Below, piece after piece: positions 52,785 to 64,000 of a stretch of 64,000 bases of DNA. The notes below the pieces were generated by a model. It was given only the letters and a program-made list of their open reading frames with translations. It searched no databases and was not told where the DNA came from. The position numbers and the translations under genes are program-made. Origin of the DNA: Podarcis tiliguerta (taxonomy: Eukaryota); assembly GCA_965153285.1 (NCBI GenBank), contig OZ229120.1, one strand, 5' to 3'. Each line of letters opens with the position of its first letter. Positions within the stretch are counted from its first letter, which is position 1.

Positions 52785-53010
52785 TTGGGTGGTATCCAAC
52801 TAACTTGTTCCATCGGTGCAAGGATTTACACTTGCGCAGTGGAAACACACCCACACCCCAAACACAACAAAATGCACTCCATGCCCTCCTCATATTTCTT
52901 CTGGGTTTTCTCCCCACCCTCCAGAGCAGATTTGGGCGAGGGGGAGGAGGGAAGTTCAGTTACATGGACATAAATCCTTGCACTGACAACAGAGCAAGTT
53001 AGTTGGATAA
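52785..53010. mobile_element. MITE with long TIRs
   Basis: tatccaactaacttg...gtgcaaggattta / taaatccttgcac...caagttagttggata. Confidence 0.75.
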
Positions 53011-54720
53011 TGTGCATTGTTATTAATTGCGTATATATACTCCTAACTGCCTCCTTCTGAGAGGTCACAGCCATGCGCTTGGGCATATCCCAGTCTTCCC
53101 CCGCCCCTCATGCTCACTTTTGCATCAGTCCTGTGTGGTAGCTTAGGCTCTGAGAGTTACAGAATGAGTTTTATGGCTTCCTGGTCAAGTGGTAAGAAAC
53201 GCTTCCCAAGTACAAGGCTGTGGCAGGGCTGTGATATAGACGTTTGAGCTCCTAGAGGGGTATCCAGGCTGAAGGCTACACAGATATTTCCCCAGCTTCT
53301 CATTGAAGAACCCGTGGTGTCTTTTCCCTACGCAGGATGCCATTGCTATTTTAAAGTATTTGCATTTGATTAAAAAAAAATATGTTCTGTTGTTTTCTGC
53401 CCTTTTGGATGGGATAGAAATTTAACTGATGAATTTGACTTTTGGCCTCCTTACACTGGGCAAAAGTAAGGACTGGCATTTTGCTGCCTAATTTGAAGCA
53501 GCAAAAATGATATATGAAGAGACGGCTGGATCAGGCCAGGGGCCCATGTAGTCATGTCCTCAGGCTGTAGAGAGGGGGAGAGTTGGGGTGCAGAATAAGG
53601 GAACTGCTCTGGACTGCATATGGTTAAAAAGAGAATAGTATATAATCCTATTTACTAATTATCAGGATTATCAGCGCTAATAGGTGCTGATCCTTTTGTA
53701 GCTAAAGTGGAACCATTGAAGGGCAAGAGATAGAATTCAGGGGTTCCAAAACTCATAGAAGAAGAAAAATAAACTTGGGGAGAACCTAAGGGAATCCCCA
53801 AAAACATTTGTATAAGGACTGACCCCACCATATGCTGACTGTCCCATGCAGGACGTGGAACTTGGGAAAGGTCATGGCTGTCGGGGCAACAACACCACAC
53901 TACTGTACAGCCTTTCGTTGCAGCTCCCATGTGTTAACAGAATATATTTGGCAGCTGATCACTCTTGGCTACTATGTGTTTCAGTGGCTTAGCAAATCTT
54001 CTGATTCTATTTGTATGGTTGATTCACAGCATAATGGTGACATAGGACCGCCTGCCTTTTCTGTCAGTGTATTATTGAACTAGGGAATGTTTAGAAAGAA
54101 TAATCGTTTCAAGTCCACTGCTCCACTTGGTACCTAGGCCACAATTTCATAGAAGAGCACAGTGTTTCCGTTATCGGACACTTCTTATCATGCATGTGCC
54201 GTTGGTGTCCTCCATGTGATATGTACTCTTGTATTTCAGGTGTTTTTGCATAGCTCTGGTTTTGAGATGGGAAACCCAAATGTTCCCCTCTCCTCCTACT
54301 CCCAAAAATTAACATGGGACACAATCCGCCAGGGTGTTCTTTCATGCATGCCTCACTGAGATAAACGGGACCTGTGCATGATCATTGCCAGGAGATGGTG
54401 GGGCTCTCGTTTCTTAAAAGGAAGGTGGTGCAAGAGAACATTCTGGTGGATTGTGTACAGTGACAAATATCCGACTATATTCCACATTGTGCTGCTCGGA
54501 ATGGGATGGGAAATCTGCAACCACCCCATGTCACAGTCTCTTCTTCCAGGACCACTGAAATAATCTGAATATACACGTTACAGGAGATTGCAATATTTCT
54601 GGGGGCATGTTAGTGTTAACTGAATTCGAGTGTCAGCCTACGTACCGTGGAAGCGTTTTTCAGTCCGCATCCCTCCTTATCATTTTCTTTCTCTCTCTCT
54701 CTCTCTTCAAAATTCCACAG

Positions 54721-54893
54721 GGAACGGGTATGGCAACCCCCGAAACTCACCAGGTCTGCTGGTCTCACCTGGCAACTTGAACAAGAATATGCAAGCAAAG
54801 TCTCCTCCTCCCATGAACTTGGGAATGAACAACCGTAAACCAGATCTCCGAGTGCTGATTCCACCAGGCAGCAAGAACACGATGCCATCTGTG
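54721..54893 (+). CDS. MEF2C: MEF2C coding exon, 173 nt, phase 1-0, includes the MAPK docking (D) domain
   Basis: ccacag|GGAAC ... GTG|gtaaca; (G)[57 protein letters not shown]. Confidence 0.98.
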
Positions 54894-55271
54894 GTAACAC
54901 ATTTTCATCCTTCCCCTTCAAGATAGAAATTTCCCAGACAGCACTAAGGCCATGGGGGATCGAACACAAGGGCTTGTCTGATTTATCTGTTGTAAGGCTT
55001 CCTTGCTTAAAAAGGGAGTTGCTCAAGCAAACTGAAACAAAACAAAGACTTAAAAGTCAGATTTAATTAAAATGTATCTAATCTAATGTAAAAAGCCTGA
55101 ATCAAACTTAAGAGTTACATTGTTTCTGAATCAAATTAATTATTACTTCTCAGAACATATAAGAAATCATAGTCCCTGTACATAAAGTTTGATGGGGCTG
55201 TTTGATGGGATTCTGGATAGCAGAGGGCCTTAGTAGTAGTTTCAAATAAATTTTGTTGTCTTCTGAGTAGG

Positions 55272-55277
55272 TCCCTT

Positions 55278-55330
<53 letters not shown>

Positions 55331-55355
55331 CCTCCCTCCCTCCCTTCTTCCTTTC
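55272..55355. repeat. (CT)n/(CCCT)n polypyrimidine microsatellite
   Basis: Direct reading. Confidence 0.93.
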
Positions 55356-56044
55356 GATTTTAATGTATTTATTTTCTTCAAGTCTTTTTCTTACCTACTT
55401 TTTGCTACTTTTTGTTTTACCACTTTGCTTGGATTGAGGAAGCCTGCCTCACCATGAGCAGTGGTAGATAGAAAGCCCATGGCTCTCCCTCAAAGAGCTG
55501 CTTGACAGCCTTAGCCTTTTGATCAAGCCCAAAATTCTCTTAGTGTATTTGATACCGCTGGGGCGGCTGTTCAAGAAAGCGAAGATACAGATGCGGTGTG
55601 AAATCCACACATTCTCCACCTTTAAAATCAATGGGGGTTGCAGTGTGGTATGTTTTCCACTAACAGGCTTAATAAACCTTAAAACACAAGATGTAACATC
55701 AAACCATGGTCTGATACTACACGAACAAGCCTGGAAAATGGGTATATCCCCTTGCATGCTCTGAGCTGTTAAGTAGGAGGAACACAGAAAATTGTCTTGT
55801 ACCGAGTCAGAACATTGGTCCACGTAGCTCAGTTTTGTCAAGTCTGCCTGGCAGCAGTTCTCTGGGGTTGCAGGCAGGGTCAGACCAGGAATTGAAGCTG
55901 GAATCTTCTCCTTGCAAGCTATGACGGAGCTACAGCTCTTCCCTTTTAACAACTTCCTCTTCCTGTTGTTGTTATATCTAATACCCACCCTTCACCAGCA
56001 GGTCCCAGGGTGGACTAGAATAGATCACAGTCACTGGAATTGGG

Positions 56045-56290
56045 TGGGCCCTGAAAACATGCATCTCATGTGTCACAGACCAAAAGCTGTACAGCGAGGA
56101 AGCCAGATACACCTTTATGGAGAGGGAATTCCACAACTTAGGGGCTGGTCCTCTCCTGGGCCACCACCGTCCAAACATCTGAGAGAGATGCAACTTCTAA
56201 GGGGGGCTCCTGTGCTGGTCATTACACCCAGGAAATATGCAGCAACACAGTGTTGCCAAACAGCATTCAATCCCGATTTGCAATCCCAGT
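56045..56290 (-). mobile_element. L2-type LINE 3' remnant
   Basis: Minus-strand peptide APKLWNSLSIKVYLASSLYSF resembles the L2 ORF2 terminus (APxLWNSLP...SLxxF). Confidence 0.6.
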
Positions 56291-57904
56291 TTTCAGGACA
56301 AGCAAGGGTGGGCAACCTGTGGCCCTCCAGATGTTGTTGGACTATAGCTCCCAGCCTTGGACATGTAGGTTAGTGTGGATGGGAGCCTCCCCTGCCACAA
56401 AGTCTCTTTCTACATTCCCTAGGACGCCTTCCTCCTACCCCAATCCCTAGGGCTCATACGAAGGCCTTTTTTGTACCTCCCTGTGGGAAAATGTGCATTC
56501 TGGTCTCACCCTGGGAGAGTGCATTTCTGTCATCAGTCTTTGCAACCCTTTTCTGCTCACCTGCTACACCTTCACTAGGCACCTGTATCTGTCATGATTT
56601 TTCATAGCACCCATACAATGCTTTTTTTCTTTAAAAAAATGTTTAGGGGCCCTCACATTTTCCTACTCATATTGCAATACTGCCCCTGAGTGTGTCCAAA
56701 CTTAGATTCACAAAATGTTTAGGGGTATGCATACCCCTGCAGAAAAAAGGCACAGGACCTATATATTTTGGACAGCAACTTCCACCTTCCTTCTGTTTCA
56801 TGGTTTCCTCTGTTAATATCTCAATAAGAATTTCTAAGCTTCTTCCCAAAGATTTGCAGAAGAGCAGTAGTTGATTCTTTATTTCACTGAACGGCATCAA
56901 GAAGTGATTTTTTTTTGAAAAGTGAAGCTTTAAATCTTCCACTCTGGAACCCTGGTCACATTTTTCAATAATCGGAAACAGCAATTATTCTTCACAGAAA
57001 AGTCCTTTCTGTTATTATTGGTTTTTTAAGGGGGGGGGGCATTATTAATTTGGTGTTGTCAGATTATGTTAAATAGAGCTAGGATACTGTCAAGCCATCA
57101 AAAGTGCATGAGACATGCTAGTGTCTTTTAATTCCCTACAAATTAGCATAGTGGGATGTAAATCTTTTACCCGAAATCTACCATTTAAAAGGAAAACATA
57201 CCGCCCTGCAACCCCCATTGTTTTTAAAGGTGGAAAATGTGTGGCTTTCACACCGCATTCCCCGCCCCAAAATAAATAAATAAGATCAAGGTGGCACATG
57301 TAAGTGACGCAGAGAATATTTGTTTTCTTCATGTAAAATGGCAAGCAATATAAACAGTTCTATCTTCGCTCTTAGCATGATGCATTATGAATTAAATTTG
57401 GCACTCAAGGTAAAACTCCCTAAATGCAGCACTCCCTTCTGGAAGCAATGATATAAGTACAATCTCTCATGCTCTTCAGACGACTTAGGCAGTGACACGG
57501 CATCTCCATCAAATGATTTTTCCCAAGGAATGTTTTCAAGGGGTTCTCTTCTTGGTGGGGTCTCTGAAAACCAAGTACTTTGCAGCCACTGGGGCTGGAT
57601 TAACAAGACAAAGACTTGGTTGGGGTGAAAGCTAGTCTTCACCTTTGAGGTAAATGTCTGGAGGTACTAAATGCAAGGCTTTATTCAGCAGAGACAGGCC
57701 CTGTGAGCTTCAAATCATTTACTGAGAGCAGCTCAGGTTATTACTGCATGGCGAGATTACTCTGGAGTAAGCAGTTTAAGAGAGAAAGAGAGGGTCACCC
57801 CGGCTATGCTTTGAAATAGATCTATGCCTTATAGAATAGCAAAGTGGCACACTTTAGAATATCTGCTTTTGCTAATTATTCATCCTCCTTTCTTATGCTA
57901 TCAG

Positions 57905-57928
57905 TCTGAGGATGTTGATCTGCTTTTG
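57905..57928 (+). CDS. MEF2C: MEF2C beta microexon (acidic, alternatively spliced), 24 nt, phase 0-0
   Basis: gctatcag|TCTGAGGATGTTGATCTGCTTTTG|gtaagt = SEDVDLLL. Confidence 0.96.
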
Positions 57929-58343
57929 GTAAGTGAGAATGATCCTTGTTTTAGTAATGCAAAGACAGTTTGTTTGCCAGCCCTCACTGAGATAGTAGGA
58001 AAGCTTCTTTACCATGAAAAGTTTTATCAGATTTTTTTTTTTTAATGCCATGTTACTTTCTGTCATATTCCTATAATTCAAGAGTTGAGAGTGATTCTGA
58101 ATCCTCTTCCTTTTTAGAAAGAATATTGCTGTTCTAGGGATTTCATCTTCCGATTTCCCCAACTTTCATATATTCACATTGAATGCTCTGTACATTTAAG
58201 TATCCCAGGCTGAATTTTTGCATGTTAATAGCCAACACCAAGAAAATATAAGAAACATCTTATCCTTAAAAAAAACAAAACACCAAAAAATAGTTTGAAT
58301 ATCCTTCAAGTAACTTTTGCTATTGATGAAAATGAAGTGGTCA

Positions 58344-58362
58344 CAGCACCATCTGCTGGTGG
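58344..58362 (-). promoter_or_regulatory. CTCF motif match
   Basis: Minus strand CCACCAGCAGATGGTGCTG fits the CTCF core CCASYAGRKGGYRS. Confidence 0.55.
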
Positions 58363-59013
58363 AAAGTGAACATGCAGGTTTACGCTTTCATATACAGTGG
58401 CTTGCTTATTTGCAACATACAACACTCTGAAAGAGATCTGTGTGTGTAAGCGTGCTTCTGTACACATGCCACTTGCTGGGCCAGGAACTGTGGGTGTGAC
58501 TTAGGTGTGCATCCATGTACATGTGCAGTCTATCTGCACTGCATTGCTTTCAATCAAGTGTCCATTCAGTGCTCTTCTACATTGTGACAAAGCTATCATA
58601 TATAGCTACCTGTTTAAAGTATGGCTGACTTGTGATGAAATACCGTCATTTTAATAATATTTTGCAACCAGGTTTTTAAAAAACCTAAACAATGCAAGTT
58701 ACATATAATTAGTTATCATCATAGCCTGTTGGCTTACTAGTGTGTCAGGGTGGGGTGGGGGCGAATCTTATATGTTACTAGTTTGGTTACCTAGGAGATT
58801 CTGATGTAATGGGTTACTATGGAGACAAGTGGTCTCTTGAAAGATTGTAAATCATAAGGATTGGCAGAGTTCATAAAAGCCAAACGATAAATGATTAATT
58901 TTGTGAAATCTTGTGTACAGTTGTATATCGTATGAACAAATCTGACACCTAAATATAGCTCATTTCGACTGTTTTGCACCCTGCCATTAATATGTTTATT
59001 TTACTTACTTTAA

Positions 59014-59175
<162 letters not shown>

Positions 59176-60249
59176 TAGATGGGGGGGGGGGAGCCAGATA
59201 TTGACAATACTACTCAGTACTACTGAAATGTCTTCTTGTGCACTACGTCTCTGAGTGCCATTCTGGCAGAAAATGCAGGAATAAATAAATTGTCTACTGA
59301 ATCATAGGAATAGAGATGTATTTTTTATTGTGCATCACAATAAAAAATTACGTTAAGTGAGCAACTTGGATTTTCAGTATTTGCTCTACAGCTTTCGTAG
59401 AAGCTTAAAACTGGTGTTCACCACCAGGCATCAGGTACAATTTACCCAGTTCTTGAGGTCGTCAAGTATTCAGTACTATTTCTGATGTGTGCATCTGTCC
59501 AATTGATGCCGTACCTCTTTTGTACTCCCACACTGCATCCATTTGTGCAGCAGAAAGGTGTGGTCGAAAAGTGGTAGCAGCGCATCTCACCTTTTAAATT
59601 GGACCCATCTGTTTGCAGAGTCTGTCAGGGCCAGGCTGGGCTGTGGTTAGATGTGTCCAAATCCTCACCTGGAAGGAACACTCTTCAGCACAGGATCTCC
59701 AAACGCTGGACCCTTAAGTACAGAAGCATTTTGCTGATCTGGCCAAACTGAAGGCCGGGCTCCTAGGATTCACCCCAGTCTTCAGACTGCAAGAGCTGAC
59801 ATTGTGCAGCCTTGTTCCTTTCTGCACCTGAAGACTTGCACATACAAAGTTCACAGGAGGTCCCTCAGAGGTTACTGGCCTGTGAGCTTGGATGCCAACG
59901 TTATTCTCACTTTGTAGTTCCCAGTGATCCTCAGTAAGCCCTGTTCACTTCAGGCCATACTCAATAAGATGACTCTGGAGTGAATGGATTGCTGGCTCCT
60001 GTTTCAACATACATTTGTGTTTGATGGTAACAAATGTATGCACAAAACTTAAAAATTGTCCTCCAGGAATACAGAGAATCTGATTCAGTTAGCATTTGTT
60101 TCCCAAGATAACAACCCGAATTTAAGCTTTTGCTGGGGCAGTGGATACAGCTTGATACCCCAGGAGTACTGAAGGCACAATGGCTTATCAACAGAAAGAG
60201 CAAATGCTTAGGTCTGTAAGTGTATATCAGGTTTTCCCATGACTTTTAA

Positions 60250-60417
<168 letters not shown>

Positions 60418-61640
60418 TAAGTCACTACATCAGCAAGCGCTGTGCGCTCCTGAATATTGCATTGTGGTGGTCCGAGTGAAACAAGAATGGCTGTTCCCCC
60501 AGGGCAGACCCCTGTCTCTTGAGTTGATATATAGCAGCACAGTCCCGTCCGGGGTGAATTAACAACAAGGGCTCACCCAACTTGGTACTGACCAAGAAGC
60601 ATCAGAGAACATGATCTATATTCTCCTATGCAAATGCTGACTCTGGAGGATGTAGCATGCAGAGGAGATGGAGGCCACAGCCTTGTCAGAGAGGCAGAAT
60701 ATGCCTTGTCCTTGTCAGAAGTGGCTCACAGACAGAGCCGGGATGCTAGCTTCCCAGCAGGTGAGTCACTGTTGCCTCCTGGAAGGGAGAGAGGTGAGGC
60801 TGCAGGGAGGTTGGTGTGGCCAATCCAATAAATAGAATAAATCGACACCCACCTCTCTGCCATCTTGCCCCTTCTCCTTCCCATCCTGGCAGACAATAGT
60901 TCCAAGTCACTTCTGGTCTTTAAATGAAGCCTGGGAGTCCTGGCACCATCCGCTTTGCATATTCCTGCTTCTGTGAATAAAAGTTGTTCTGCTGCTTGCA
61001 AGCTACTGAGAACGCCCCTTTCCTTTGAAAAGCCAAGTTTAACATGTAATAATAAACTGGCCAGCCCGCAACATATCAGTGATGGATACATCATGCAGAT
61101 ATGCAGGATGTCTGTCATTTGGTCACACTGAACTCCTGGGGTGTGTGCAGTTCAATGTGTCCAGACTCCCTGCCCACTTCTGACTGAGTTTGCTTGCCCC
61201 ATAGTCTCTTCCAGCTGAACTGCCGTGGTGTGGAAGTGTTGGCTCCACCTGAGATTGGGCTGCTTTGTTAAGGAGGGATTTTTTCCCCCTTCCCTCCCTC
61301 TCTTCCCTTGGCTCAGAGCAGCAATAACAACCCATGTCCAGAAGTAGCCTGTCATTGCGCCACTGTAGCGATGGACAGGAATCCTTTATGCAGGAGGCAT
61401 GTTGTTAATACTCAGATGCTTTTCAGGTCAAGCAGTTTCTATCATTTTCTGTTTGCAGAGGGTAAGGATCTAGAGTTGGAGAACGGGGGGTGGGGCGGAC
61501 ATTGCATGCAGAAGGTTCCAGGTTCAGTCCCCAGCCTCCCCAGTTAAAAAGGGATTAAGTTGCAGATAATAAAGATCTGTGCTTAAGATTCTGTGAAGCC
61601 ACTGCTAGGCAGGGTAGACAGCCCTGGGAGAAATGCGCAA

Positions 61641-61738
61641 AGAATCGCAGAATTGTATCTAGTTCAATCTCCTGCAGTGAAGGAATCTTTCAACCAACAT
61701 GGGGCTCGAACCCATGAACCTGAGATTAAGAGTTATGC
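61641..61738 (-). mobile_element. SINE with tRNA-Lys(CTT)-derived head and CR1-type tail, decayed
   Basis: Minus strand actCTTaatctcaggttcatgggttcgagccccatgttgg (tRNA-Lys 3' half), then agattccttcactgcaggagattgaactagat..aattctgcgattct. Confidence 0.7.
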
Positions 61739-62177
61739 CTGCACTCTGGTACAGTATAAGTCAGTTTCCAAATTGTTAATCTGCCCCTGATTTCAACTGT
61801 GCTTAAAAGTCATATTTTAAATATCCAAAACCTGAATGCAGGTAAGGCAGTTCAAATGCAACCTTACACCCCCACCCCAGCCCCTCTCCAGTCTATTAAC
61901 ACAAAGGTTGTTTCACTAATTAGAATTCTAATATATCTCTCCTCTACTTTTTTTAACTAAAGCTTTAGCACCACTCGAACTTTTTAACACTTTGCTCTAC
62001 CAGTTTGCTGTGTATCTTTGCCTGATGTGTTGCCGAGTGACCTCACGTTGACCCTTATGTTTATCTGGCCATCCTCGCACAAGCACATTTCACTTATTTG
62101 GAATTCCGTTCTAGGAACACAACCTAAAGGCCTGCAAGCAAAGCTCAGTTTTCTTTCCCAGTTAAAGGGCATCCGTT

Positions 62178-62200
62178 CCTGCCCTCTAGTGGCTATTGCA
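62178..62200 (-). promoter_or_regulatory. CTCF motif match with upstream TGCA module
   Basis: Minus strand TGCAATAGCCACTAGAGGGCAGG. Confidence 0.55.
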
Positions 62201-64000
62201 AGAGAGCTCTTTCTTGAAAGGAATGAAGCCTGTTGCAAACCTTTGAAACTTTCAACAAACTACTAAATTTGCACAACTGTAATAGAACAAAAAATGCAGA
62301 ATACAAAATGAAAAAGAGCAAAAAAGCTGACTTTTCTTATGATCTGAACTTCTACATACCATGAATGGGACAGGCTTGATGTAAGAATTGAAAAAGCCTG
62401 TGCCAAGTAGCAGTAATATCAATGAACAAATTGCTTTCAGTAGCTCACCATAAGATGTAGCAACAAGCCTGTCTGTTTGAGGAAGCAAGGTAATAATTAA
62501 ATGCTAAACCATCTGCAAGCCTTCAAAGAAATGCCATGCGCTAGCCTCAATTTCCAATGAAGTAATAAAATAACTGCCCTAATTTTACCTGGAAAAATTG
62601 TTCTTTATTCATCATTCTAACTTTGACAGAAACCAGCACTTTAGGGGCAACCTTTAACCACACTTTCAATGACCCCACAAGACACCCCTGAATTGAAAGA
62701 GCTTTTTTTTTTCCAAGCCAGAAGAAAGGTTAGTGAAACTGAATATTAAGCTTTTGGGCTTGGCACAATCTCCAAGCTGGTATATAAACTGGTTTAAACA
62801 TATTAGAAACAGTCAATTACTAAGAAAAATAATTTGGAAATCAACAGAAACCAAAACCACTGAATAATATTAGGTACTTATGGAGCAGAGATTATTCAAT
62901 AGATTTCAGAATGCATTAATGCCTTTGTTCTAAAAATAAGCAGTGCTTTTCATAAATGCAGTATAATGCACCCTCGTATAAATTTGGGGAGAAAGAGGGG
63001 CAACCAAGAAGCCTGTCCATACTAAGTAGAGTAACAACAGAAATACTATGGGGGGAAAGTGAATTACACTGGGGAAAAAGAGTTTCTTGAAACAATACAA
63101 ATTTGTAGTTGCAAATGTAACCTTTATTAAACCTACCCTGTCCAGCATAACATTCTAATCTGATGGGGATAAGAAACAGCAGACACTGGAATAAAAAAGA
63201 GTTACTTGAGTCTGTGAGTAAATAAGAAATTCTGAAAATAACAAGTGCATCCTGCACTTTTCTCTATTACACCAATGTGTATTGTAAGTGGATCATTCTG
63301 GTGTTTTAAAACTTTTACAGATTTGAAAATGTTTTATACAAAGCTATTTTACAGCATCAAGAAATGTCTTTAAATTTTCAATGGCTCATTTGACCGATTT
63401 TCTTTCCCTAATGGCACAGTACTTTAACGGCATTGTGGCCCAGTCCTGTGCATGTTTACTCAGAAGCAAGCCCCACCGAGCTTGTGGGGAAAACTTATTG
63501 GGCAAACTCACAAGAGAGTGTACGTGGGGTTGCATCCTGAGTTTATTGGCTTCAGGAGCCCCAAACAATGCCTATCAGAGGAAATGCTGCACTTCCGTTT
63601 GCTCCTCACACAATCGCAACTGTAGGGCCAACACACTTGTCCTTTCTGTTTGGGAAGATAACGGCACCAATTTTGACAAAAATCTGCTGAATGCTGGGCA
63701 GATGAAAGCAATTACCCATGCAGCGTTCGGTTCTCTCTTTGTTGCCTAACAATAGCCATTCATTATTAAACATTGTGACAATTAGTGAGAAAAGCACCGC
63801 CACATCATTCCAAGTACAAATGTGTTCACATGAGATAAAGCATTATTTTTGCGTTTTTGCAGAAATTTTGATAGATATTGGCTACAATCCTCCAGTTCTT
63901 GGCTCGGGAGGGTGTCCCACTAAGACTGCCAGAGCCGGGTGCAAATATTCATGCGCAAGTGGAGTCTCCCCTGCAGATAACTTTTCACTTCACTTCAAAG

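Noticed and set aside
61693-61738. Functional tRNA-Lys gene
   Set aside because: Only a mutated 3' half is present

Overview
Vertebrate genomic DNA, not prokaryotic. The window is the central part of MEF2C (+ strand) from a squamate reptile, probably a lacertid lizard; this rests on Sauria-SINE- and Squam2-like repeats recognised from memory. Seven coding exons are readable with canonical AG/GT ends and consistent phases: alpha1 (20939-21082), 187 nt (33287-33473), 48 nt (35886-35933), 173 nt (54721-54893), the 24-nt beta microexon (57905-57928), 130 nt (59017-59146) and 136 nt (60281-60416). The MADS/MEF2-domain exons and the last exon lie outside the window. A 172-N gap (21111-21282) ends exactly at a GTAAGT donor and probably hides the mutually exclusive alpha2 exon. 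The rest is intron: SINEs, L2/CR1/Penelope remnants, many MITEs, a solo LTR, microsatellites and several transcription-factor motif clusters (MEF2, ETS/RUNX, MARE, RFX, CTCF). Nearly all entries in the ORF track are non-coding noise. I found no clearly new biological system. The best leads are an in-frame upstream acceptor that could extend alpha1 by 32 aa, the alpha1/alpha2 splicing architecture, an antisense solo LTR with intact promoter motifs, two CR1-tailed SINEs with different tRNA heads, and candidate MEF2 autoregulatory enhancers. Family names and motif calls were made by eye, without database searches.
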